DNA from: Pseudomonadota bacterium
GTDB taxonomy: Bacteria; Pseudomonadota; Alphaproteobacteria; Kiloniellales; J153
Length of the DNA stretch: 64,000 bases
NCBI GenBank assembly: GCA_022572685.1
Contig: JACZVL010000001.1
Span: forward strand, 3,914 to 67,913
Direction: 5' to 3'
In this document: piece after piece, positions 55,192-64,000 of the stretch
How positions within the stretch are numbered: position 1 is the stretch's first letter
Layout: each line of letters starts with the position of its first letter
Program-made: the position numbers and the translations under genes
Notes under the pieces: model-generated
The model's database searches: none
What the model was told of the DNA's origin: nothing
The model's input: only the letters and a program-made list of their open reading frames with translations

Positions 55192-56709
55192 ATGAATCCA
55201 GATCTAGCCGCGGCGATCCCGGCCGCTCGGACGTCCCTGCTGACGGCGATAACGCTGATCGCCTGGCTCCTCCCAGGTTGCGCCACGTCGGACCAACCGG
55301 GCAAGCTGGCGGTGACGTCCGGCACGATCCCGGACTCCTCGGGGCACGAACGCGTCGCGGGCCCGTCGGAACGCGACGAGGGGTACAGGTTTCCCGTCCT
55401 GCCCGCCGGTGTCGCCCTGTTCCGCACGCTGGTCAGCAAACCCGCGGCACGGCCCCTGTCGTCCCTCCATCGTCTGGCCTCGTTCGTAACGAACACCGCG
55501 TTCGACACCCTGGACCCCAACTCGGTGGTCTTGGCCAGACGGGGACCCGTTCCGCCGCTTTCACGGGGGCGCGGCATGGACCTCGCGGCCTGGGAAGAGC
55601 GGCTCGACGAACTCACCGGCAGGGCGCCGTCAAAGGGAACGATTCGCTTCCTGGTCGACGGCGACGAGTTCTTTCCCCGGCTCATCGGCGCGGTCGAGGG
55701 CGCCCAGCGCTCGGTCGATATCCGGACCTATATCTTCGACAATGACGACTACGCGACGGCTTTCGCCGACCGCCTGAAGCGGCGTTCCGGGGAGGTGAAG
55801 ATCAGGGTGCTCATGGACGGCCTCGGAACCCTGGTCGCGGCCGGCGTGGCCCCGGATTCGATGCCTCCGGATGCGGTTCGCGCGGGCTGGATCGCGGATT
55901 ACCTGGAGCGGGACTCGGACGTCGACGTAAGGATGCAGTCCAACCCCTGGCTGACCGGCGATCACACCAAGACCATCGTCGTCGACAACGAGGTGGCGTT
56001 CATCGGCGGCATGAATATTGGCCGCGAATACCGCTACGACTGGCACGACTTGATGATGGAAGTGCGCGGCCCGATCGTCGGCGTCATCGACCAGGAGTTC
56101 CGGTTGGCCTGGCGCCGCGCCGGGTTCCTCGGCGAACTCGGTTTCCTGGCCGAACGCCTGTGGCCGAGCGTGAGCCGCGAAGCGGGCGCGGGTTACGCGG
56201 TGCGTATGCTGGTCACCAAACCGTGGAATTCAGAGATCTTCCGCACCCAGCTCGCGGCCATACGCGCCGCCGAGGGCTACATTTACATCCAGAACCCCTA
56301 CTTCTCCGACGACAAAATTCTCGTCGCGCTGATCGAGGCCCGGCGCCGCGGCGTCGACGTGCGTGTCATTCTGCCCTCCCGGGGCGACAGCAAAATAATG
56401 GTCGGCAGCAATGTCGTCGTCGCCAACACCCTGTTCCGGCAGGGCGTCCGCGTGTTCATCTATCCGGGGTTCTCCCACGTCAAGGCGGCGATCTTCGACG
56501 GCTGGGCCTGCCTGGGCTCGGCGAACCTCGACAAGATGAGCCTGCGCGTCAACGATGAGATGAACCTTGCGACGTCGCACCCGCCGACCGTCGCGGCCTT
56601 GATGGCGCGGGTCTTCGACGTCGACTTCGCGAAATCGGTCGAGATGACCGAGCCGCTGCCGCAGAACCTGAGCCACAGGCTCGCCGCCCTGATCGCAAAC
56701 CAGCTCTAG
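55192..56709 (+). CDS. Phospholipase D / cardiolipin synthase-like lipoprotein (two HKD motifs)
   Basis: 505 aa. Lipobox LLPGC after a hydrophobic signal. HKD motifs HTKTIVVDNEVAFIGGMN and HVKAAIFDGWACLGSANLD. Confidence 0.85.
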   Translation: MNPDLAAAIPAARTSLLTAITLIAWLLPGCATSDQPGKLAVTSGTIPDSSGHERVAGPSERDEGYRFPVLPAGVALFRTLVSKPAARPLSSLHRLASFVTNTAFDTLDPNSVVLARRGPVPPLSRGRGMDLAAWEERLDELTGRAPSKGTIRFLVDGDEFFPRLIGAVEGAQRSVDIRTYIFDNDDYATAFADRLKRRSGEVKIRVLMDGLGTLVAAGVAPDSMPPDAVRAGWIADYLERDSDVDVRMQSNPWLTGDHTKTIVVDNEVAFIGGMNIGREYRYDWHDLMMEVRGPIVGVIDQEFRLAWRRAGFLGELGFLAERLWPSVSREAGAGYAVRMLVTKPWNSEIFRTQLAAIRAAEGYIYIQNPYFSDDKILVALIEARRRGVDVRVILPSRGDSKIMVGSNVVVANTLFRQGVRVFIYPGFSHVKAAIFDGWACLGSANLDKMSLRVNDEMNLATSHPPTVAALMARVFDVDFAKSVEMTEPLPQNLSHRLAALIANQL

Positions 56710-58262
56710 ACCGAAAGGTCTTCCGCGAGGTCGTCCGCCAAGGCGCCGCTGTCGTCGGTCACCATGGTGGGCCGGAAGTGGCCTTCGAAGGCCGCGGCGA
56801 CCCGGATCATGGGTGTGTACTGCGGGTCGAGCACCTCGGTGCCGGCGAGAAAAGTCTGCCGGGGCCGCCGGGACCAGATGCTGCTGGGCGAGGTGGCAAA
56901 GGTTTCCATGCAGATCAATGCCCCGCTGAGCGCAACCGAATAGAGTTGCAGCGGCGTCAGCTTGCCGCGGTAGTGGACGAGGGAACCGATCACCTGGCGC
57001 ATGACCCGCCGGCGGTAGCCGCGCAGGCTGGTCAGGTGGCGCGCGAAGCGCACGACGTCGTCGAGCGGGTCCCGGGGGTGCATGGTGACGGTGACGCCGT
57101 CCAAATCGCGCAGCCGGACGTTGGGAAGCAGCAGGCGCTTGGACAGGCAGTCGCGGAAATGGGGCGTGCCGAGGAGGGGAATGACCAGCGTGAAATACGC
57201 CGGCATGGTGATCCCGGGCGTCCCGACGATGAACGCGATCTCGCGGCGCAGATCGGCGAGCCGGCGCGTCGCCGGGTCGAGCATGACGCCATAGGTGAAG
57301 AGGATCCCGGCCTCCAGGCAATTGCGGATCATCTCGACCTGGGGGACCAGCGTGTTGTGGCGCTTGTTGTAGGACAGCAGGATCTCGGTGTCGAAGGACT
57401 CGATGCCGCTGAACAAGGCCTTGCAGCCGGCCTCGCGGGCCAACTCGAGGTTCTCGGTCCTGCCGAAGAAGTCACCGGTGACCAGCGCCGACCAGCCCTC
57501 GATCCGGCGTTCGCGGGTCAGCGTCCTGAGCAGATCGAGCCTGGCCAGGAAGAACCGCCGGTCGTTGCCATAGAAGTTGTTGTCGATGAAAATAATCTGC
57601 TTCTTTCCCGTGGCCAGAATCTGCCGCTCGATGTAGCCCAGGTCGTATTTCGTATAACCTCTGCCTTCCGCGGTCAGCGAGCAGAAGCTGCAGCTGAAGT
57701 TGCAGTTGCGGCTGGACTCGACGTAGCCCAGGATACGCCGCCCTTCCAGCAGGTCGTAGCGGGGAAAGACCTCGTCGGCGATATAGGCCGCGCCGAAGGC
57801 TTCGCGGGCCACCGACTGGAGCTCCTCGATGTCGCCCCTGCAGACGTAGTCGAAGAAGCGCCGAGAACGCCCCGGCATCGCCCGCACGCCGGGGCCGCCG
57901 GCCACGACCACGACACGAGGGTTCAGGCTGCGGGCATAGGCCGTCAGGTGCAGCATCCGGTCGTACGCCGAGGTCAGACCGGTGAGCACCAGCATGTCGG
58001 GCCAGGCGAGGAGGTGCGCGTCGCGAAGCACCCCGCTGTACTGTTCGTTGTAGATGCGCAGGTCGCAAGCGCGCGCCGAGAACGCGCCCGCCAGAAAGCA
58101 CGGGGCCATGGTTTGCGGAACCCGATACGGGCTGCCGGTGGTGCGGCGATATTCGTCGAAGAAAACATTGACGATCAGGACGCGCTTGCGGACGGTCCGG
58201 GGCGCGGCGACCGCGGCTGTCGGAACTGGAGCGGTGGGCTGCATTGTCGTGTCCCTATCCAT
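56706..58262 (-). CDS. B12-binding-domain radical SAM protein (class B)
   Basis: The N-terminal flavodoxin-like segment is RVLIVNVFF...DMLVLTGLTSAY...VVVVAGGP. The radical SAM cluster motif is SSRNCNFSCSFCS (CxxxCxxC). The start is ATG 58262, an 8-nt overlap with the fabF stop, or alternatively ATG 58244. Confidence 0.85.
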   Translation of the reverse strand: MDRDTTMQPTAPVPTAAVAAPRTVRKRVLIVNVFFDEYRRTTGSPYRVPQTMAPCFLAGAFSARACDLRIYNEQYSGVLRDAHLLAWPDMLVLTGLTSAYDRMLHLTAYARSLNPRVVVVAGGPGVRAMPGRSRRFFDYVCRGDIEELQSVAREAFGAAYIADEVFPRYDLLEGRRILGYVESSRNCNFSCSFCSLTAEGRGYTKYDLGYIERQILATGKKQIIFIDNNFYGNDRRFFLARLDLLRTLTRERRIEGWSALVTGDFFGRTENLELAREAGCKALFSGIESFDTEILLSYNKRHNTLVPQVEMIRNCLEAGILFTYGVMLDPATRRLADLRREIAFIVGTPGITMPAYFTLVIPLLGTPHFRDCLSKRLLLPNVRLRDLDGVTVTMHPRDPLDDVVRFARHLTSLRGYRRRVMRQVIGSLVHYRGKLTPLQLYSVALSGALICMETFATSPSSIWSRRPRQTFLAGTEVLDPQYTPMIRVAAAFEGHFRPTMVTDDSGALADDLAEDLSV

Positions 58263-59514
58263 ATGCGGCAAAGACCAGCGACGCGTTGGTCCCGCCGAAG
58301 CCGAACGAATTGGACAGGGTGGCGCGGACGGAACGCTCGCGCGCCCGGTGGGGCACCAGGTCGATGCCGCAATCGGGCGGCGGGTTATCAAGGTTGAGCG
58401 TCGGTGGAACCACGCCGTTGACGATGGCGAGTACGGAAAAGATCGCCTCGACGCTACCGGCGGCGCCCAGCAGGTGACCGGTCGACGACTTGGTCGACGA
58501 CATCGAAAGGCCTTGCACGGCGCCGTCGAACAACCGCGTGACCGCGGCCAGCTCGATCGGGTCGCCGACCGGGGTCGAAGTGCCGTGGGCATTGATGTAG
58601 TCGATGTCCTCGGGGTTCATGCGGGCGTTCGCCAGTGCCGCCTGCATCGAGCGGAACGCCCCGTTGCCGTCCTCGGGCGGCGCGGTGATGTGGTGGGCGT
58701 CTCCCGACAACCCGTAACCCTTGACCTCGGCGTAGATTCGCGCCCCGCGGCGGCGTGCATGATCGAGGGACTCGAGAACCAGCACGCCGGCGCCCTCGCT
58801 CATGACGAAGCCGTCGCGGTCCCGGTCCCAGGGCCGCGAAGCCGCGGCCGGCGTCTCGTTGAAGTGGGTCGACAGCGCGCGCGCCGCCGTGAAGCTAGCG
58901 ATCCCCAGCCGGCAGACCGCGGCTTCGGTACCGCCGGCGATCATGACGTCGGCGTCGCCGAGCTGGATCAGCCGGGCCGCGTCACCGATGGCGTGGGTGC
59001 CGGTCGAGCAGGCCGTGACCACGGAGTGGTTCGGACCCTTGAAGCCGTGACGGATCGAAACGTGGCCCGAGGCCAGGTTGATGCACATCGAATTTGCGAA
59101 ATGCGGGCGCAGGCGTGCCGGCCCGCGCCGGTCGATAAGGGTGGTGGCATGGACGAGGGATTTGATCCCGCCGATCCCCGAACCGATGATCACGCCGGTG
59201 CGTTCGCACGCACGCTCGTCTTCGGGTGCCCACTCCGCGTCCTCCACGGCCTCGGTCGCGGCCGCGATCGCGTAGATGATAAAATCATCGAGGCGCCGCT
59301 GCTGGTTGCGCGCGACCCAGTGATCGGGCTTGAAGCCATGGACCCACCGCCCGCGCGGAATCTGCCCGGCGATCTTGCAGCGTATGTCCGAAACGTTGAA
59401 GTTCTCGATCCTCGAAATGCCCGACTCGCCGCCGAGCAGGCGCTCCCAGCTCGCCTGGACACCGCTGGCCAGGGGCGTGACCATTCCCAGTCCGGTGACA
59501 ACGACACGTCTCAT
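58255..59514 (-). CDS. fabF: Beta-ketoacyl-ACP synthase II (FabF paralog)
   Basis: 419 aa. Contains RRVVVTGLGMVTPL, active-site VTACSTGTHAIGDA, NAHGTSTPVGD and STGHLLGAAG. Confidence 0.9.
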   Translation of the reverse strand: MRRVVVTGLGMVTPLASGVQASWERLLGGESGISRIENFNVSDIRCKIAGQIPRGRWVHGFKPDHWVARNQQRRLDDFIIYAIAAATEAVEDAEWAPEDERACERTGVIIGSGIGGIKSLVHATTLIDRRGPARLRPHFANSMCINLASGHVSIRHGFKGPNHSVVTACSTGTHAIGDAARLIQLGDADVMIAGGTEAAVCRLGIASFTAARALSTHFNETPAAASRPWDRDRDGFVMSEGAGVLVLESLDHARRRGARIYAEVKGYGLSGDAHHITAPPEDGNGAFRSMQAALANARMNPEDIDYINAHGTSTPVGDPIELAAVTRLFDGAVQGLSMSSTKSSTGHLLGAAGSVEAIFSVLAIVNGVVPPTLNLDNPPPDCGIDLVPHRARERSVRATLSNSFGFGGTNASLVFAAYG

Positions 59515-59560
59515 AGGGCCATTTCGAGCCCCACCGCTGGAAGTTCAAAGCCTGTGAAAT

Positions 59561-61381
59561 TCACGACCCCGAGCCGGAGACGCCGAGCGTGAGGACCGGG
59601 ATGTAGGTCACCAGCAGGAGCACGATGACGAGGATCAGGAGGAATGGCAGGGCGCAGCGGTACATGCGAACCAGCGGCTGGTCGAAACGACGGCTGGCGA
59701 AGAACACGTTCATGCCGACGGGCGGCGTCAGGTAGCCGAGCTCGAGGTTGACGAGAAAGATGATACCCAGGTGGACGGGATCGACGCCGAATGCCAGGGC
59801 CATGGGCAGGATCAACGGCACCACCACGACGATCGCCGAAAAGATATCCATGAGGCAGCCGACGACCAGCAGGAACAGGTTGAGCATGAGCAGGAACAGC
59901 AGCCGTGATTCGACGTGCGCCGTGACCCAGGCAGCCGCCTTCATGGGGATCTGCGCGTCGACCAGATAATTGGTCACTCCCATGGCGACACCGAGAATGA
60001 CGAAGACGCTGCCGATGAGCGTCGCGCTTTTCACCAGGATGCGCGGCAGATCCTGGGTGAGACGAAGCTCGCGGTGAATGACGACTTCGACCACGAGCGC
60101 GTAGAGGGCGGTGATCGCCGCGGCCTCGATCAGGGTCGCGAAACCGCCGAAGATGCTGAACAACACCACGCCGGGCAGCAGAATCTCCCACTTCGCCTGC
60201 CAGAGCGCCGCCGCCGCCTCGCGCGCGTCGAACGGCGGTCGTGGCACCCGCGCCCGAAGCGCCGTATAGATTCCGAAACCGGCGACGGCGCCGACCATCA
60301 GCAGCCCCGGTACGACACCGGCCTTGAACAGCGCGGGAATGGGCACATGCGCCACCACGCCGAAGAGGATGATCGCCAGGCTGGGCGGAAACAGCAGCCC
60401 GATCGAACCGGTCGCCGTAAGCAGGCCGAGTGAGAACCGCCGGGGATAGCCGTTGGCCAGCAACACCGGCAGGAGCAGCCCGCCGAGCGCCAGGATGGTG
60501 ACCCCCGACGCGCCGGTGAAGGTCGTGAAAAACGCGCAGACGACGGCGGTGGCGATCGCCAGGCCTCCTGGCAGCCAGCCGAACAGCGCGCGGAACAGCC
60601 GCACCAGCCGCCGGCTCGCGCCGCCTTCGGCGAGCAGGTAGCCGGTCAGCGTGAACAGCGGGATCGTCGGGATCGTCGGCGAGACGATCATGCGGTAGGC
60701 CTCGACCGGGATCGCCGCCACCGGTACGCCTTCGGCGAAGAGCAGCACCAGCGCGGCGCCGCCCAGGACGACGAAAATCGGCGCGCCGAGAAACGCCGCG
60801 GCGACGAGTCCGACCAGCGCCGGCAGGACGATCTCGCCGGCGAAAGGCTCGAGGAAAAACCCGATGCCCGCCGCCGCGGGGATGCCGAGGCCGACGCAGG
60901 CGCGGTCCGTCCAGGTCCCGGCCCGGGCGACGAAGCGGACCGCGATCACGGCGAAGGAGACCGGCAGGATTGCCTCGGCGGCCCAGAGCGGCAGCCAGCC
61001 GCCGATGCGCACCGGCGACTCGAATTCGGCCTGAACGAACCTGAAGCTCGCCCAGGCCAGGCCGGCGGCCACGGCGGTCGAGATCGCGGCCGCGACGATG
61101 TCGGTCAGCCTGTCGACCAGCGGCGGGAGGCTGACCATGCCGGTCGACAGGCTGAGGTGCTGCCCGTCGCGGGTCGCCACCATGGCGCCGAGGAAACCGA
61201 CCCACAGCGTCAGGTGCTGGACGTATCCCGACGAGCCGGGGATGCCGGTATTCCACAGCGTGCGCAAAACCATCTCGAGCACCGGCAACACGGCCATGGC
61301 GAGCAGGGCGGCCGCCATCAGGATGTTCTCGCCTCGCCGCCCCCAGGCCATGGCCCCGGGGATACCGCCCCGCGCGGTCAT
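59561..61381 (-). CDS. TRAP transporter fused small/large permease (DctQ-DctM fusion)
   Basis: 606 aa from ATG 61381, one nt after the DctP stop. The N-terminal ~170 aa are 4-TM DctQ-like. The remainder is DctM-like (…PLFTLTGYLLAEGGASRRLV…). Confidence 0.9.
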   Translation of the reverse strand: MTARGGIPGAMAWGRRGENILMAAALLAMAVLPVLEMVLRTLWNTGIPGSSGYVQHLTLWVGFLGAMVATRDGQHLSLSTGMVSLPPLVDRLTDIVAAAISTAVAAGLAWASFRFVQAEFESPVRIGGWLPLWAAEAILPVSFAVIAVRFVARAGTWTDRACVGLGIPAAAGIGFFLEPFAGEIVLPALVGLVAAAFLGAPIFVVLGGAALVLLFAEGVPVAAIPVEAYRMIVSPTIPTIPLFTLTGYLLAEGGASRRLVRLFRALFGWLPGGLAIATAVVCAFFTTFTGASGVTILALGGLLLPVLLANGYPRRFSLGLLTATGSIGLLFPPSLAIILFGVVAHVPIPALFKAGVVPGLLMVGAVAGFGIYTALRARVPRPPFDAREAAAALWQAKWEILLPGVVLFSIFGGFATLIEAAAITALYALVVEVVIHRELRLTQDLPRILVKSATLIGSVFVILGVAMGVTNYLVDAQIPMKAAAWVTAHVESRLLFLLMLNLFLLVVGCLMDIFSAIVVVVPLILPMALAFGVDPVHLGIIFLVNLELGYLTPPVGMNVFFASRRFDQPLVRMYRCALPFLLILVIVLLLVTYIPVLTLGVSGSGS

Positions 61382-61382
61382 C

Positions 61383-62390
61383 TCAGTCGGTCGCCAGAGA
61401 GGCCCGGTAAGCGTCGCGCAGGCGCTCGACCTCGGCGACCATCGCGGCCGGAACCACCACGTCCACCAGGCTCGCATAGCCGGCCCGGGCGCCCCGTTCC
61501 CACGCGGCGACCGCGTCATCGGGCACTTGGTGCACCACCAGGCCGTGCTTCTTCATCACCTCGACCGCTTCCTCGCCGAGCTTCGGCACCGCCCGCTTCA
61601 GCCGCGCGCCGGCGTCGCGCGCGGCGCGCAAGAGAGCGGGCTTCGCCTCGTCGGGCAGCGCCCGCCAGGTCCGGGTCGAGATCACGACCGCCCCGATCAG
61701 CGGCGCCCATTTCAGGTTCGTCATGTGCTTCGCCAGGCCAAACCACTGGAACGACAGTGCGGCGATGGGCGTCGTCGTGAAGGCTTCGATCAGACCCGAT
61801 TGCAGGGCGGTATGGATGTCCGTCGCCGCCAGGGGCACGGGCCGGAACCCCGCCTTTTGCCAGGCTTCGAGCGTCGCGGTGTCGCCTGACCAGGTGAACA
61901 GCTTCAGCGGCTTGAGGTCGTCGGGATAGACCACCGGCCGCTGCGCGAAGACGTGCACCCAGCCGGCGTCGCCCCAGGTCAGCAGCTTGAAGCCCTTGGC
62001 TTCCAGGATGGCCTCGAGCCGCGGCCCGAGACGCTGTCTGACGTAGTCGAGCTCGGCATCGGAGCGGAACATCATCGGCATCTGCAGGGCCAGGATCTCG
62101 GGTGCGATCTTGGCCAGGCCGACACCCGTCAGGGCGGCGGCATGGAGCTGCCCGATCCGCATCTTCCTGACCATGTCGGCCTCGTCGCCGGCGACGCCGC
62201 CGGGGTAGATGCGGACCTCGATGTCCGCGCCGGGCACCGCCTTCCAAGCCTCGGCCATGTCGCGGATGATCTCGTGCCAGATCGAGCCCTCGGGCGCCAG
62301 CGTCCCGAGCTTGATGGTCCGGGCCGAGGCCGCGGCGCCCGCGCCGTGGACGAGCAGCGCCGCGAGCAACGCGAGGATCGTGCGTTTCAT
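61383..62390 (-). CDS. dctP: TRAP transporter substrate-binding protein (DctP family; TatP-type)
   Basis: 335 aa with a signal peptide (ALLAALLVHGAGAAASA) and the DctP-family pattern. ATGA overlap with the upstream TatT gene. Confidence 0.9.
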   Translation of the reverse strand: MKRTILALLAALLVHGAGAAASARTIKLGTLAPEGSIWHEIIRDMAEAWKAVPGADIEVRIYPGGVAGDEADMVRKMRIGQLHAAALTGVGLAKIAPEILALQMPMMFRSDAELDYVRQRLGPRLEAILEAKGFKLLTWGDAGWVHVFAQRPVVYPDDLKPLKLFTWSGDTATLEAWQKAGFRPVPLAATDIHTALQSGLIEAFTTTPIAALSFQWFGLAKHMTNLKWAPLIGAVVISTRTWRALPDEAKPALLRAARDAGARLKRAVPKLGEEAVEVMKKHGLVVHQVPDDAVAAWERGARAGYASLVDVVVPAAMVAEVERLRDAYRASLATD

Positions 62391-63301
62391 ATCGCGCCCT
62401 CCTCGTCGTTCGCCTCGACGAAGAGGTCGGGAATCCGCGACTCCAACCAGCGGGCCCGCCGTTGGGCGATGGTATTGACCAGCCGAAGCTCGGGCCTGAG
62501 ATCGGGATCGATGGCGAGCGTGGCGCCGATCAGGTCGCGAAATTCCGCCAGGTCCTGTTGCTTGATCGCCACCGCCTCGGCGAGCGCCAGGTGGACGGAG
62601 GCGCGGGCGCCGCCCGACAGCGCCAACGCGCGGGCGTAATGCTCGCGGGCGCGGCCGGCGCTGCCGCCCGGGCGCCCGCCTTCGTAGGCGATGAAGAACT
62701 CGTGGGCGGCGGCGCCCTCGTAGGCCTCGTCGAGCTCGATCACCCGTCCGACCATCGCCGCGGCCAGGGGCAGTTCGGCGAGAAGGTCGAGATCGTCCTT
62801 GGCGGCGCTGAGGGCCCCCGCCCAGGCGGCGCCGCCCCAGTACAGGAACGGAACGTCGGCCACCTCCGTGGTGGCCAGGACGGCGGCGGCATCCTGGCGG
62901 AGGGCCGCGCCGAACCCGGGGTGCGCGACGGCCAGGCCGCGCAGCGCGTAGTCGCGGCCGCGCAGGTAGTGCTTGCGCGCCCTGTCGCGCCGCGCGCGCG
63001 CGCGCCCGAGATCGGTCGCGTCGAGCCGATCCGCCTCTCCTTGAAGCAGAAAGGCATAGGCCGTAAACCCACGCGCCGCCGACAGCAGCAGGGCCTCGTG
63101 CTCGGGCGAGACTTCGAGCAGGCTCTCGTAGGTCTTGAGGCCGAAGGGCATGGCCTCGCGGATCAGCTCGGGGTCGTCGTCCGAGGCGTAGCTGCCCGCG
63201 CCCCCCGAGATCGCGTTGCCGACGATGTCGACCGCCGTCCGCTTGACCGAGCAGGCGGCAAGCGCGCCGACCAGAAGCAGCAGGACTGGAAGCTTACCCA
63301 T
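62387..63301 (-). CDS. tatT: TatT-family TPR-like lipoprotein of a TPR-protein-associated TRAP transporter (TPAT)
   Basis: Starts at ATG 63301: MGKLPVLLLLVGALAACS (lipobox). All-helical, with DDPELIREAMPFGLKTYESLL... and the C-terminal RLVNTIAQRRARWL typical of TatT-family proteins. Gene order tatT-dctP-dctQM. Confidence 0.8.
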   Translation of the reverse strand: MGKLPVLLLLVGALAACSVKRTAVDIVGNAISGGAGSYASDDDPELIREAMPFGLKTYESLLEVSPEHEALLLSAARGFTAYAFLLQGEADRLDATDLGRARARRDRARKHYLRGRDYALRGLAVAHPGFGAALRQDAAAVLATTEVADVPFLYWGGAAWAGALSAAKDDLDLLAELPLAAAMVGRVIELDEAYEGAAAHEFFIAYEGGRPGGSAGRAREHYARALALSGGARASVHLALAEAVAIKQQDLAEFRDLIGATLAIDPDLRPELRLVNTIAQRRARWLESRIPDLFVEANDEEGAI

Positions 63302-63494
63302 GACCTTCCTCCACCCTTGAAGCCGATCCGTCCGGCGAGCGCGGCGACGCGTTCCGCCGGAGGTCTCCACTGGAACCGGGAAGGTGGGAAATTCAAAAAC
63401 TTTGCGCTACCGGGTGGGGATGGAAATTCCCCGCCATCGGCGTTTCAACGTCTTGCGAATTTGGTCTGACAGAGCCGTAACGAACGGAGGCGCG

Positions 63495-63920
63495 TCAGCG
63501 ATGTTTGGAATAAGGGATCACCGCGGTGGCCTCTATTTCGACCTTGGCGCTGTCCTCGACCAGCGCGCTGACCACGACCAGGGACATCGCGGGGAAGTGA
63601 GCGCCGAGCACCGAACGATAGACCTCGCCGATTTCCGGAAGCCGCTCCAGATACTCCGACTTGTCGGTCACGAACCAAGTCAGGCGAACCAGGTGTTCTC
63701 GGCGCGCGCCGGCCTCCGCCAGGACGGCAACGATATTCCGCAGCGTCTGCTCGACCTGACCCACGAAATCCTCGGTTTCGAAGACCTGATCGGAATTCCA
63801 GCCGATCTGACCGCCGAGGAAGAGTGTTTGGCCTTCGGCAAGCACGCCGTTGGCATAGCCCCTGGCGGCCTTCCAGTTTCGCGGGTGTAGAATTCGATGC
63901 GGCGACTCTTGCACGGTCAT
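63495..63920 (-). CDS. RidA/YjgF/TdcF family protein (reactive intermediate deaminase family)
   Basis: 141 aa. Contains GYANGV...LFLGGQIG and the C-terminal KVEIEATAV pattern of the family. Confidence 0.85.
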   Translation of the reverse strand: MTVQESPHRILHPRNWKAARGYANGVLAEGQTLFLGGQIGWNSDQVFETEDFVGQVEQTLRNIVAVLAEAGARREHLVRLTWFVTDKSEYLERLPEIGEVYRSVLGAHFPAMSLVVVSALVEDSAKVEIEATAVIPYSKHR

Positions 63921-63940
63921 TCCGATTTATATGTCCTTGA

Positions 63941-64000
63941 GCTAGCCCGCCGCCGATCGCAGCCGGAAGCGCTGAATCTTTCCGGTCTGGGTCTTCGGCA
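63941..64000 (-). CDS. 3' end of an AMP-dependent synthetase/ligase gene (partial, runs off the window end)
   Basis: The reverse strand reads ...PKTQTGKIQRFRLRSAAG-stop, the conserved C-terminal PKTxxGKIxRxxLR motif of adenylate-forming enzymes. Confidence 0.5.

Noticed and set aside
55192-56709. PLD-domain protein as a nuclease-type defence effector
   Set aside because: It has a lipoprotein signal and two full HKD motifs within one ~500-aa polypeptide, which resembles cardiolipin-synthase/phospholipase D enzymes. No adjacent helicase, methylase or other defence-type genes were seen.

Overview
64-kb segment of a GC-rich bacterial chromosome. Hand counts of sample 60-nt lines in core genes give about 75% G+C. 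The gene content looks proteobacterial, but that is an inference. Coding density is very high. Many neighbouring genes are linked by 4-nt or 8-nt start/stop overlaps, which lets operons be read directly.

Gene content from left to right:
- a polar amino-acid ABC importer (5' partial);
- two enolase-superfamily genes flanking a PhyH-type dioxygenase;
- a 5'-truncated family-5 solute-binding-protein pseudogene;
- a module under a FadR-type GntR regulator (LLM oxidoreductase, aldo/keto reductase, alpha/beta hydrolase);
- a TAXI-TRAP transporter;
- a LysR regulator divergent from a flavoprotein plus CoxM/S/L-like molybdenum hydroxylase operon, with a separate CoxG gene;
- a long HutC-GntR-controlled catabolic operon (hydantoinase A/B, enolase-superfamily enzyme, LLM oxidoreductase, acyl-CoA ligase, LivKHMGF-type transporter);
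- a 1.4-kb low-GC islet with a DUF4065/Panacea-like gene coupled to an unclassifiable 132-aa partner;
- a second Cox-like locus in L-M-S order whose small subunit is fused to a CoxG domain;
- a HutC-GntR regulator divergent from a pxpA-like/npdG/cofE/cofD/cofC/fbiC operon, a complete coenzyme F420 biosynthesis set;
- a REP-flanked RAYT (IS200-like Y1) transposase;
- an LLM oxidoreductase plus CoA-transferase A/B;
- a divergent pair of uncharacterised genes, one with an N-terminal HTH;
- a lipoprotein-type phospholipase-D-like gene;
- a co-directional TatT-DctP-DctQM (TPAT) / FabF paralog / B12-binding radical SAM cluster;
- a RidA-family gene and the 3' end of an acyl-CoA synthetase.

No rRNA, tRNA or CRISPR array was seen.

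Most interesting candidates:
1. the low-GC islet with a candidate PanA-type toxin-antitoxin pair whose toxin has no recognisable family;
2. the TPAT-FabF-radical SAM(-PLD) lipid-related cluster;
3. the F420 operon headed by a LamB/YcsF (PxpA-like) gene;
4. the CoxS::CoxG fusion.

Short 12-17-bp tandem duplications recur at five places, three of them in frame inside genes. Many long ORFs in the six-frame track are GC-driven shadow ORFs and were rejected.
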